Shown: positions 1 to 8,657 of the stretch, one piece after another
Position numbering within the stretch: the first letter of the stretch is position 1
How the letters are laid out: each line of letters begins with the position of its first letter
Origin: Myxococcales bacterium
GTDB lineage: Bacteria; Myxococcota_A; Polyangia; Polyangiales; GCA-016699535
Length of the DNA: 64,000 nt
Assembly: GCA_020633325.1 (NCBI GenBank)
Contig: JACKDX010000002.1
Coordinates: 270,901 to 334,900, forward strand
Direction of reading: 5' to 3'
Notes under the pieces: model-generated
Database searches by the model: none
Told to the model about the DNA's origin: nothing
The model's input: only the letters and a program-made list of their open reading frames with translations
Program-made: the position numbers and the translations under genes

Positions 1-3
1 CGC

Positions 4-1233
4 ATGGTGTTGTCGAAAATCACTGAGACGAAAGCCAGGAACGATGCGCCGGAAGTTACACCACACGTGGAGCCGGAAAAGCGTAATAGTGCAAGTCATG
101 GCACTGCAGCATCTTTGGCGCCAGCGATGTCGGAAGCTCCACTTGGTGCTCATGAACCGCCTATCAATCGTTATCTGCGAAAGATGATCAAGCTTGGCGC
201 CAGCGATTTGCATCTGTCATCTGACGTCGCGCCTATGGTGCGGCTTCACGGTGAGATGAAGCGTTTGGAAGCTGGTGAATCGCTGGGGCCCGAGGCACTT
301 CGCGCGCTTGTACAGCAAATTATGCCAGAGCGAAATATCCAGGAGTTCGACGAAATACATGATACGGATTTTGCTTATAGCATCGAAGATGTTGCGCGCT
401 TTCGTGTAAATGTGTTCCTTGATCGCAAGGGAATCGGCACGGTCATACGCCAAATTCCGTTTGAGATTCTCACGCCCGAGCAACTGGGTCTGCCCAAACA
501 GGTACTGGATCTCTGTTGGCTTTCTAAAGGCCTGGTCGTGGTCACGGGGCCTACCGGTAGCGGCAAGTCGACCACGCTTGCCACACTGGTGGATTTCATT
601 AATCAAAATCGCAGCGACCATATCATTACCATCGAGGATCCGATCGAGTTTGTGCATGCGAACAAAAAATGTTTGGTTAATCAGCGCGAAATAAGCACCC
701 ATACAAAGTCGTTTAAACGAGCGCTTCGGGCTGCGCTGCGGGAAGACCCTGACATTGTGCTCGTCGGAGAAATGCGAGACTTGGAAACGATTTCTATCGC
801 GATTGAGACCGCAGAGACCGGGCATTTGGTGTTTGGTACACTTCATACCACAACCGCGCCTAGTACAGTCGACCGCATCATTGACCAGTTTCCACCTGAG
901 CAGCAAAGCCAGATTCGCGTCATGCTTTCCGAGTCACTGAAGGGTGTCATTGCGCAGGTACTATGCCGGAAAAAGACCAAGGGCAGGGTAGCGGCCTATG
1001 AAATTTTGATAGCGACCGCTGCAATTGGTAATCTCATTAGAGAGGGTAAGACATTTCAGATTCCCAGCGCCATGCAAACAGGACGAAATTTAGGGATGCG
1101 CTTGATGAACGACCATCTGCTCGAACTCGTTGTGACAGGACAAGTGGATGCGCAAGAGGCGTATATCAAATCTGCGGATAAACACAGTTTCAAAACGCTT
1201 TTGACCCAGAACAATATTGCGCTTACGACATAA
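4..1233 (+). CDS. pilT: Type IV pilus retraction ATPase PilT (twitching motility)
   Basis: 409-aa ORF with Walker A GPTGSGKSTT. Carries the PilT-type C-terminal motif AAIGNLIREGK..Q..S.MQTG. Has a ~55-aa low-complexity N-terminal extension. The frame is open to the window edge, so the true start may lie upstream. Confidence 0.9.
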   Translation: MVLSKITETKARNDAPEVTPHVEPEKRNSASHGTAASLAPAMSEAPLGAHEPPINRYLRKMIKLGASDLHLSSDVAPMVRLHGEMKRLEAGESLGPEALRALVQQIMPERNIQEFDEIHDTDFAYSIEDVARFRVNVFLDRKGIGTVIRQIPFEILTPEQLGLPKQVLDLCWLSKGLVVVTGPTGSGKSTTLATLVDFINQNRSDHIITIEDPIEFVHANKKCLVNQREISTHTKSFKRALRAALREDPDIVLVGEMRDLETISIAIETAETGHLVFGTLHTTTAPSTVDRIIDQFPPEQQSQIRVMLSESLKGVIAQVLCRKKTKGRVAAYEILIATAAIGNLIREGKTFQIPSAMQTGRNLGMRLMNDHLLELVVTGQVDAQEAYIKSADKHSFKTLLTQNNIALTT

Positions 1234-1245
1234 GCGGAGACAAAC

Positions 1246-2274
1246 ATGACTCATGAACACCATGTGGTGCTTATCCCGGGGGATGGTATCGGTCCCGAGG
1301 TCTCTGATGCCGTTCAACAGATTCTTGCCGCGGCGAGGGTGCCTATTTGCTGGCATGAACACCATGCAGGCATTGCTGCGTTGGAAAAGGGAATGGAGCT
1401 TTTCCCTGCGAGCACGCTGGACGCGATTCGTTTACACAAAGTGGCCCTCAAGGGTCCCTGCACCACCCCCGTAGGCAAAGGATTTACGTCGGTCAACGTT
1501 TATTTGCGACGAGAATTGGATCTGTATGCGGCGGTTCGTCCAATCCGAAACATGCCGGGGGTAATTACGCGCTTTGAGAACGTGGACTTAGTCGTGCTTC
1601 GCGAGAATACAGAAGGGCTGTACAGCGGGATCGAGAACGAGATCACGCAGGGCGTTGTCACCAGCTTGAAAGTGGCCACCGAGCACGCGTGTCGGCGTAT
1701 AGCCGACTGGGGATTTCATTACGCGCGGGAACGCGGTCGCAAGCGAATCACAGTGTTTCACAAGGCGAACATCATGAAGCTGACCGACGGGATGTTGTTG
1801 AGGTGTGCACGTGAGGCGCGCGAGAGGGGCGGGTTTTCAGATATCGAGTATGATGAAGTTATCATTGATGCTGGATGCATGAAGCTGGTGCAGGACCCCT
1901 CTCAGTTCGACGTGCTTCTACTCGAAAATCTTTACGGGGATGTCGTAAGTGACCTGGGCGCCGGACTAGTGGGCGGGCTCGGAGTCGTGCCTGGCGCGAA
2001 TTTCGGCGATGAATACGCAGTGTTCGAGGCAGTGCATGGCTCTGCCCCCAATATTGCGGGGCAGGGCATCGCCAATCCTTTGGCCCTGTTGATGTCGGCG
2101 GTCATGATGCTCAATCATCTGTCCGAAAGCTGTCAAGATCCAAGCCTGCGAGCATGCGGAACTCGGATTAAGGCTGCGTATAATCACGCTCTTTCCGCGG
2201 GCCATCTCACGCGGGATTTGGGGGGAACGCTGGATACACAACAGTTTGTGGATGCGCTGATCACCCTTTTATAG
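1246..2274 (+). CDS. NAD-dependent isocitrate dehydrogenase (isocitrate/isopropylmalate dehydrogenase family)
   Basis: 342 aa. N-terminal LIPGDGIGPEV, then HKANIMKLTDG and NLYGDVVSD..GGLG..PGAN motifs, typical of the short IDH3-like NAD-IDH subgroup of the beta-decarboxylating dehydrogenases. Confidence 0.8.
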   Translation: MTHEHHVVLIPGDGIGPEVSDAVQQILAAARVPICWHEHHAGIAALEKGMELFPASTLDAIRLHKVALKGPCTTPVGKGFTSVNVYLRRELDLYAAVRPIRNMPGVITRFENVDLVVLRENTEGLYSGIENEITQGVVTSLKVATEHACRRIADWGFHYARERGRKRITVFHKANIMKLTDGMLLRCAREARERGGFSDIEYDEVIIDAGCMKLVQDPSQFDVLLLENLYGDVVSDLGAGLVGGLGVVPGANFGDEYAVFEAVHGSAPNIAGQGIANPLALLMSAVMMLNHLSESCQDPSLRACGTRIKAAYNHALSAGHLTRDLGGTLDTQQFVDALITLL

Positions 2275-2294
2275 TATGGCGATGCAAGAAATCT

Positions 2295-3296
2295 GTGATG
2301 ATGATATTGGCGGGAGATATCGGCGGTACCAAGACGCTTCTTGCCCTTTACGAGGTGGAGGCGACGTCAGATGGTTCTCCTCGCTTTCACGAAGTTAGAC
2401 GCAAGCGGTATGACAGTCCGAAATTCGAGGGGCTAGCGCCTCTGCTTGTACAATTTCTTGCTTCGGGCCGCGATGCGTTCACGAGCGCTGTCTTTGCTGT
2501 GGCGGGGCCTGTGGTAAATGGTGTCTGTAAGACAACCAATCTGCCGTGGGTCGTGGATGCCAAGGAGCTATCACAACTGCTTAGACTCCCCCGTATCGGT
2601 TTGATTAATGATTTTCAAGCAATCGCCGTGGGCATTGAGCTCTTGGGTACAAGCGATCTGCATTCGCTGAATCCAGAAGCAGCGAGCACGCCAGGCGTGC
2701 GTGCCGTGCTGGGTGCGGGGACTGGTTTGGGAGAGGCGCTTGTGATGCCTATGGCCAATGGCTGGCAGGTATTCGCCTCTGAGGGGGGCCATGCGGATTT
2801 CGCGCCGACCAACGAGCTTGAGATCGAGTTGCTTCGGTTCCTACAAAAAAGCTATGAGCGGGTAGCTTATGAGCGCGTTTTATCTGGTGCGGGGCTTGTC
2901 GCATTGTACGAGTTTTTGGTGACGAGCCGTACGGAACAGGAGTCGCCCTCCGTGGAAGCCGTTCTTGATGCGGCGCATAAGGCAGCTGCGATCACGGCGG
3001 ACGCCCTAGCGGGCAATAGCGCAGCCTGCGTGCACGCCGTGGACATGTTTGTAAATATTTACGGGGCGGAGGCCGGCAATCTGGCGCTTAAGTGTTTGCC
3101 GTTCGCTGGTCTGTACGTTGCCGGAGGGATCGCCCCAAAGCTACTTTCCGTGATCAAAAAGCGCTTTATGCCTTCGTTCCTCGATAAAGGTCGCATGTCG
3201 CCTTTACTGCGTCGCATGCCTGTGCATGTGATACTCAATACCCATGTCGGCTTGCTAGGCGCAGCGAATACGGCGTACCAGCAAGCGATGCGCTAG
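2295..3296 (+). CDS. glk: Glucokinase
   Basis: 333 aa. N-terminal ATP-binding LAGDIGGTKT, central EGGHADFAP and overall Glk-family (ROK-independent) layout. Three candidate starts (GTG ATG ATG) lie at 2295-2303. Confidence 0.8.
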   Translation: MMMILAGDIGGTKTLLALYEVEATSDGSPRFHEVRRKRYDSPKFEGLAPLLVQFLASGRDAFTSAVFAVAGPVVNGVCKTTNLPWVVDAKELSQLLRLPRIGLINDFQAIAVGIELLGTSDLHSLNPEAASTPGVRAVLGAGTGLGEALVMPMANGWQVFASEGGHADFAPTNELEIELLRFLQKSYERVAYERVLSGAGLVALYEFLVTSRTEQESPSVEAVLDAAHKAAAITADALAGNSAACVHAVDMFVNIYGAEAGNLALKCLPFAGLYVAGGIAPKLLSVIKKRFMPSFLDKGRMSPLLRRMPVHVILNTHVGLLGAANTAYQQAMR

Positions 3297-3351
3297 GGAC
3301 TTGCTTGCCGATTGTTTCGAGACACCGTAAAACGCTGGCTGGAGCTACTGA

Positions 3352-4527
3352 GTGCCAAAAGACCTTGCAGAGTTGCGCCAGCGATTGGATGCGATTGATG
3401 AAGCCCTGATTCAGGCGCTCGCGCAACGGGAGGCGGTAAGCCAAGAAGTCGCTCGCTTGAAAATGGGCGGCAAGCACGCATTGCGAGATCACGCGCGGGA
3501 AGCTGAGATACTTACCACATTGATCAAGCGGGCCCGCAGCGCCGGACTCGACGCCACATTTGTGACGCGTCTATATAGAGAAATTTTTGATCATTCGATT
3601 CGCATGCAGCAGGATCTTATGAGTCATGGCGAGAGCTCAGCGGAGCTCCAGCAATCTGCGCAGGTGGTGGCCTTTCAGGGAAGCGAAGGATCCTACACGC
3701 ATAGTGCTGCGATGAAGCATTTCGGTGTTCGCGCAAATTCAATCGTGTTTGAGGGATACACGACCACAGATGAGGTCGTCGAGGCAACGCTTACCGGCGC
3801 TGCAGATTTTGCTGTTCTTCCTCTTGAGAGCACAATGGCGGGATCTTTCAGCGATACGTATGCCGTTTTAGAGGACAGGGACCTAAAGATCGTTGGAGAA
3901 GAAATACAGCGCCTAGAGCATTGCTTGGTGACGCTGGACGATATTCCGATAAATCGCGTCCGACACATTTATTCTCAGCCGCCAGCTTTTGATCATTGCA
4001 AGCGTTTTTTGCGAACGCTTAAGCACGTTAGGCTTGAGGCCTATCCTGACACTGCGCTCGCGGCGCAGCGGGTGCGCAATGACGAGGACTTGTCTCAGGC
4101 GGCTATCGCGAGCTCCGAAGCCGCCAAGCTGCATGGTTTATATGTCCTGAAGCGCAACATCAGCGATCTTGCGGATCTGTACACGCGAATGATTGTCGTT
4201 GCGCAACAGCCGTTAAAAGTCGACATAGGCGTGCCTTGCAAGACTTCGCTGAGTTTCACGACCAAACACGTGGAAGGGGCGCTTGCGAACTGCTTGGCTG
4301 TTTTAGCCGAGCACGGCTGTAATCTGACAAAGATTCGTTCACGGCCGATGCCCACGGCAGCTTGGCAGTATATGTTTTATGTGGAATTTGATGGCAATAT
4401 AGCGGAGGAGAACGTGCAATCGGCGCTCACAGACATGGCGGGACAGACTGAATCCTTGAGAATTCTCGGGTCGTACCCGGCCCGAACGGTGCTTGAGGCA
4501 AACCCCGCCACTCCGATTGACGGTTGA
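3352..4527 (+). CDS. pheA: Bifunctional chorismate mutase / prephenate dehydratase (P-protein)
   Basis: 391 aa, GTG start. N-terminal AroQ chorismate-mutase helix pattern (LRQRLDAIDEALIQALAQRE). PDT domain begins VAFQGSEGSYTHSAA. C-terminal ACT domain (TSLSFTTKHVEGALANCLAVLAEHGCNLTKIRSRP). Confidence 0.9.
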   Translation: MPKDLAELRQRLDAIDEALIQALAQREAVSQEVARLKMGGKHALRDHAREAEILTTLIKRARSAGLDATFVTRLYREIFDHSIRMQQDLMSHGESSAELQQSAQVVAFQGSEGSYTHSAAMKHFGVRANSIVFEGYTTTDEVVEATLTGAADFAVLPLESTMAGSFSDTYAVLEDRDLKIVGEEIQRLEHCLVTLDDIPINRVRHIYSQPPAFDHCKRFLRTLKHVRLEAYPDTALAAQRVRNDEDLSQAAIASSEAAKLHGLYVLKRNISDLADLYTRMIVVAQQPLKVDIGVPCKTSLSFTTKHVEGALANCLAVLAEHGCNLTKIRSRPMPTAAWQYMFYVEFDGNIAEENVQSALTDMAGQTESLRILGSYPARTVLEANPATPIDG

Positions 4528-4544
4528 ATCGGGACGGTGCCCGC

Positions 4545-5861
4545 TCAGGGGCAGTGAGAGTCTCCAAGCAATTCAATAAACACCGAGCGAAAATCTCCCT
4601 CACATTGAAGTGCGCGGAGCATGTCCATGAGACCAACAATCGAGCGAAAAAAGAAGATGCCCTCGGCAGGCGGCCGAATGCGAAGGAAATCTTGTGGTCG
4701 CTCGCGTACGAGGGCCAAGATGTCCTTTCGTATATGGCACGCTCCAAAATCGTAAGCTACGAGGAATGGGCGAGAGACAATGACAGAGAGGTCGTTCAAG
4801 AGGGCTCGCGCCTTGTTTTCACTGATTTGGATCCTAAAACCAGCGCTTTGCGTGATCTCGAAGACCTGAGAGAAGTCCTGGTGCAGGGCCGCCTGAATCG
4901 TATGACGGTAGGCATGCCAAAAAGGCTTAGAGAAATGTCTGACGCACCCGAAGTCCAAGATCCCCAATCCGCCGTTTTTTAGAAACAGGAAATTCCCGGG
5001 GTGACAATCACCATGGACGAGGCCATCACGGAGAAAGGGGCCGTAAACGGCGCGAATTAGCTGTTTGCCCAGCACAAACCGTTGCTCGGCAGACCATTTG
5101 GCCGGTTCCGCACACACATCAGTAAGCACCTCACCTTCGAGCAGCTCGGTCACAAGGACGCTTGCGGAGCTCAACTCCGGATAGGATTTGGGTACTCTCA
5201 GTTCCGGCCACGGGCTCACCGATTGGCGGTATTGCTCGAGATGTCTTTGTTCTAAATCGTAATCGAGCTCTTGAGAAAACTGTGTTTGGATTTCGTGAAG
5301 GTAGCTTTTCTCATCGAATAGGTTCATGCCAAGGCCAGCAGTTTTCATCACCGCGCCAAGATTTTGTAAGTCCTGGCGCAAGGTTTGTTTGGCCCGTGGA
5401 TACTGAATCTTGACTGCCACCTCTGTGCCATCGAGAAGTACGCCTCGATGCACTTGTCCGAGGGAAGCGGCTGCAAATGGGGCATGGTCCAGTTGAGCGA
5501 ATACTTTCTCAAACTCTTGACCCAGCTCGGCGGTAAGGACGGTGCGAATCTTCTCAAAGTCCAAGGCGGGCACTTGCGCGAACATCTGATAGAGGAGCCT
5601 GCGGACTGCCTCGGGCTGTGTATCCTGCGAGAGGGCGATACTTTGGCCGAGTTTGAGCGCCACCCCTTTGAGGGAGCCAAGAGTCTTAACCATCTGCCCG
5701 GCCATCTGTGGGCTCATAAGAGTGGCACCCTCGCCATCGGGTTTTGGGCGCAATCTGGAGGCGATGACTGAGCTGCCCAAACGCGCGGATAAACCCGCTA
5801 GCGAGGCAAATCGACTCAAGCGCCCGGAAGGAATATCGGTTCGTACAGATTTTTTGGACAC
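4545..5861 (-). CDS. ABC1/UbiB-family atypical protein kinase
   Basis: 438 aa. ABC1 signature AAASLGQVHRGVLLDGTEVAVKIQYP and catalytic HGDCHPGNF. No obvious C-terminal TM helices, so not necessarily the ubiquinone UbiB itself. Confidence 0.8.
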   Translation of the reverse strand: MSKKSVRTDIPSGRLSRFASLAGLSARLGSSVIASRLRPKPDGEGATLMSPQMAGQMVKTLGSLKGVALKLGQSIALSQDTQPEAVRRLLYQMFAQVPALDFEKIRTVLTAELGQEFEKVFAQLDHAPFAAASLGQVHRGVLLDGTEVAVKIQYPRAKQTLRQDLQNLGAVMKTAGLGMNLFDEKSYLHEIQTQFSQELDYDLEQRHLEQYRQSVSPWPELRVPKSYPELSSASVLVTELLEGEVLTDVCAEPAKWSAEQRFVLGKQLIRAVYGPFLRDGLVHGDCHPGNFLFLKNGGLGILDFGCVRHFSKPFWHAYRHTIQAALHQDFSQVFEITQSAGFRIQISENKARALLNDLSVIVSRPFLVAYDFGACHIRKDILALVRERPQDFLRIRPPAEGIFFFRSIVGLMDMLRALQCEGDFRSVFIELLGDSHCP

Positions 5862-5959
5862 CGAACAGAGCTGTTAGTGTATCGGGTCATGTTTCGCAAG
5901 GCCGAGAGGTGCCAACTCTCTATGAATGTCGTGCTGAGAGCGCAGCTCTTATCTTAGCG

Positions 5960-6271
5960 TTAGTAAGCCCGCGGCAGCTTGGCCATATCTACAGTATCAA
6001 GTGCAAAGCGGATGAGTGCGCTCCGGCTCATTTTACGATGCCCTGCAGCCTTCAAATTCCCCACTTTGTCGTCCAACCGCTTGAGATCCTCGTTGTACAA
6101 CGAAATACAGATGATTTCGTAGTGGTCTGCCTTGCTCGTGTTGGACCGTTTTGGTGACGGCTCGCGCGAGGATAATGGTTCCGTAGTTTTTTTGTAAAAG
6201 CTTTTCCCGAGAACCTCATCAACCTCTTCGGAACTTAAAATTTCTTGAACGCGACTCTTGGCTTTGCTCAT
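5960..6271 (-). CDS. Small ribbon-helix-helix (ParG/CopG-like) DNA-binding protein with disordered N-terminal tail
   Basis: 103 aa, 11 nt downstream of the ParA-like gene on the same strand. The C-terminal ~45 aa fit a beta-strand/helix/helix RHH pattern (YEIICISLYNEDLKRLDDKV...MSRSALIRFALDTV). The N-terminal half is Lys/Ser/Glu-rich and probably unstructured. Confidence 0.6.
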   Translation of the reverse strand: MSKAKSRVQEILSSEEVDEVLGKSFYKKTTEPLSSREPSPKRSNTSKADHYEIICISLYNEDLKRLDDKVGNLKAAGHRKMSRSALIRFALDTVDMAKLPRAY

Positions 6272-6282
6272 AATTATCTCTC

Positions 6283-7407
6283 CTAGGCCGTGGGAATTTC
6301 AAATCCTGTGAGCGTAACTTGCGGCGCACCAAACGAAGCCTGTGCATATACTTCCTTCTGTTGAGAGCCCTGCTGTAAATCAAATATGTGCTGAACCAAC
6401 ACCATATAATCTGTTGCCCCGCTGCTCTCGGGCGCATACTCAAAAATGGTTTGCTTGACGCTGGGCGCCTCGCGTAAGCGAGTGTTAACGCGAACGGGCG
6501 GCAAGCAGCGCTCCTTGAAATGCTTGGAAAGCGCGTCCATAGAATCGCGACAAATACGATTTCTCACATCGAAGAATGTGGGCAATACCCCGAGGATTTC
6601 CACATCATGTTGGAAGACCTGACGCACACTTTTGATTGTGCGAAGGACTTGTTTGACGCCCACCAGCGCCAAATAGTCACACGACACCGGAATGATCACG
6701 CTGTCAGCAAACATAAGTGTATTTTGGTTCATCAGCGAAAGCGCCGGCGCGCAATCTAAGAGTACAATGTCATAGCCTTGCGTAGCGTTCGCAAGGCGCT
6801 CGCGCATAATGCGATGCCGGTTGGGTTGGTTAGCCAGATAGAGTTCGGCTGCGGCTAGCATTTCGTTGGAGGTCACCACATCCAGATTGTTGCGAACGGG
6901 CACCGCGATATCGGCGGCGCACTCACCCTGAACCAAGCAGTGATAGAGGCTTCGCTCCCCGTTGATGCCAAGAGCCGCACCGACATTGCCCTGTCCGTCG
7001 GCGTCAATGAGGAGCACCCGGCGTCCGCGCTCAGCTAGACCAGCGGCCAGGTTGATGGCGGTGGTGGTTTTCGCAGTTCCGCCTTTATGGTTAAAGATCG
7101 CAATGCGATGCGCTGACGTTTGTATCGCGGGTTCAGTTGTCTGGGCCTCGCCGACGATACGACAGGCGGTGGAGCAAAAGTGGTATGCGGTTCCTTGCCG
7201 CACGAGGGCCTGATAGGCGTGCTCCACGAAAAACGCCCGATCGCATATGCTACAAGTGTGCGCTTCGGAAGCGCCTAGCGCTGCCTGTTGGCAGGATTGC
7301 GAACAGTAATAGGCGAAACCGCCGTCGCTCGTTTCCGCGATTTGATAGCGAAAGCGCACGTGAAATGCTGAATTGCAGACATCGCAGGTGGATGTAGTAG
7401 ACTTCAT
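6283..7407 (-). CDS. ParA/MinD-family P-loop ATPase with two N-terminal TRASH-type zinc-binding modules
   Basis: 374 aa. Residues ~8-82 hold two tandem C-x2-C-x22/23-C-x3-C modules ending YYCSQSC and HFCSTAC (TRASH/YHS-like). Deviant Walker A NHKGGTAKTT, then LLIDADGQGN and VLLDCAP (ParA A' and B boxes). GGAGGA Shine-Dalgarno lies 4 nt upstream of the ATG at 7407. Confidence 0.85.
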   Translation of the reverse strand: MKSTTSTCDVCNSAFHVRFRYQIAETSDGGFAYYCSQSCQQAALGASEAHTCSICDRAFFVEHAYQALVRQGTAYHFCSTACRIVGEAQTTEPAIQTSAHRIAIFNHKGGTAKTTTAINLAAGLAERGRRVLLIDADGQGNVGAALGINGERSLYHCLVQGECAADIAVPVRNNLDVVTSNEMLAAAELYLANQPNRHRIMRERLANATQGYDIVLLDCAPALSLMNQNTLMFADSVIIPVSCDYLALVGVKQVLRTIKSVRQVFQHDVEILGVLPTFFDVRNRICRDSMDALSKHFKERCLPPVRVNTRLREAPSVKQTIFEYAPESSGATDYMVLVQHIFDLQQGSQQKEVYAQASFGAPQVTLTGFEIPTA

Positions 7408-7426
7408 GGATCCTCCACAGACTTCG

Positions 7427-7438
7427 TTAAGTACTTAA
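7427..7438. promoter_or_regulatory. Perfect 12-bp palindrome TTAAGTACTTAA in the leader of the ParA-like/RHH operon (candidate operator)
   Basis: Read directly: TTAAGTACTTAA equals its own reverse complement. It lies 20-31 nt upstream of the ParA-like ATG, just beyond the SD. It is AT-rich in a GC-rich background. Confidence 0.3.
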
Positions 7439-7514
7439 GGGGCCGCTTAGCGCGGTGGGATCGGTCAGTCAAAAAAATGGTGCGTCCGGGGCGGCTCTTC
7501 GGGCGGCCAATAAC

Positions 7515-8657
7515 CTATTGGGGAGGAACTGCGAGGTGAGTGGCGACGGCCCGTTTCGTCACGCCATCTTCCACGACAATGGTGGTATTGGGGGTTGTAA
7601 TATCGGCAAAAGACGAGGTCTCCAAGATAGAGTTGAACTGGGCTGGCAGTGCGGATGGACCGCTACCGGCTACGAGATCACCCCCCGCCACCAGGGAAAG
7701 GCGGCTAGGCGCCTGAGGAACGCTACTCCGTGCGCCCGCTTCGAATAATGCGGCAGCATCCAGGATTTGGTAGGTGCCCAAATTGCTGGAAGGCGATTCC
7801 AACGATATGACGATGCCTCCTCGGCGAATAAAATCCTCTAGGGATGTCTTCCACAAGTTCCCTAGGGCGATAAGCGCGCTGTCACTAGCGTTGGGCTCGG
7901 CATAAATGAGAAACGCATTGTGGGAGTAGAGCAAAAACGGAACAAGGTTGGCATCCGAGACGACAGTCTTTGTCCAGTTGCGGCTGACAGCTTCGGGGTG
8001 CTCATCGATGGCATTGTTGGTGCCCGATATCGCGTTGGCTGTAGCATCCTGTTGGTACGCCAGCACTCTGACCGGAGCACTCGGAGATATAAATATCGCA
8101 TTTCCGACTAGCTTATTGATTTCGGCATCGCTGGTATTCGTCTGATAGTCGTGTCCAATGACTACCACGTGACCAAAAGTTTGCGGCGCACAAAGCCCGT
8201 TGTTACAGATGTTGCTCAAACAACGGGTGGCGCAGTCTCCGCAGTACTGGGGATCGGTATCGAGATCGACGCATAGGCCGTCACACGTACCCAGCGCCGC
8301 ACAATCTGGGGCACATGCTCCGTTCTGACAGACCGGAGTTCCCCCCGCGCATACGGATCCGCTGCATCCGCCACATGTGCTCGGATCGTTGGGATCTACG
8401 CAAATATCGCCACAAAGCACCGTCCCAATAGGACACGAAAGCGGTCCGGCATCGGGCTCCGTGTCCGCATCATCGTTTGTATCGGGCATCTCGACATCTG
8501 CAGACCCGTCGGGCACGGCAGCATCTACAATAGAGACACATTGCTTGCCGCGTCGGGCATAGCCCCCTTTGCAGTGCGCGCCTACCAGGGATTCTCCGCA
8601 GCCTGAGGCGGCCATGGTCAGGAAGAGGCACATCAATAAAAGACGCAGGTGGGTCAT
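7515..8657 (-). CDS. Secreted Cys-rich-repeat lipoprotein of unknown function
   Basis: 380 aa. Signal peptide with lipobox LTMAASGC. Block of Cys-rich repeats (CGDICVDPNDPSTCGGCSGSVC...CDGLCVDLDTDPQYCGDCATRC...) of the kind expanded in myxobacteria. C-terminal ~220-aa domain has no recognisable motif. ATGA overlap with the upstream OmpA gene. Confidence 0.6.
   Translation of the reverse strand: MTHLRLLLMCLFLTMAASGCGESLVGAHCKGGYARRGKQCVSIVDAAVPDGSADVEMPDTNDDADTEPDAGPLSCPIGTVLCGDICVDPNDPSTCGGCSGSVCAGGTPVCQNGACAPDCAALGTCDGLCVDLDTDPQYCGDCATRCLSNICNNGLCAPQTFGHVVVIGHDYQTNTSDAEINKLVGNAIFISPSAPVRVLAYQQDATANAISGTNNAIDEHPEAVSRNWTKTVVSDANLVPFLLYSHNAFLIYAEPNASDSALIALGNLWKTSLEDFIRRGGIVISLESPSSNLGTYQILDAAALFEAGARSSVPQAPSRLSLVAGGDLVAGSGPSALPAQFNSILETSSFADITTPNTTIVVEDGVTKRAVATHLAVPPQ

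Noticed and set aside
217-906. 229-aa ORF on the - strand
   Set aside because: It is antisense to pilT and has no motifs.
4524-4982. 152-aa + strand ORF after pheA
   Set aside because: It overlaps the C-terminal part of the ABC1 kinase gene on the opposite strand and has no motif.
7488-7507. Direct repeat GGGCGGC ... GGGCGGC between the Cys-rich lipoprotein gene and the ParA-like gene
   Set aside because: It is only two copies of a 7-mer in GC-rich DNA, it is not an inverted repeat (so no hairpin), and it is easily explained by chance.
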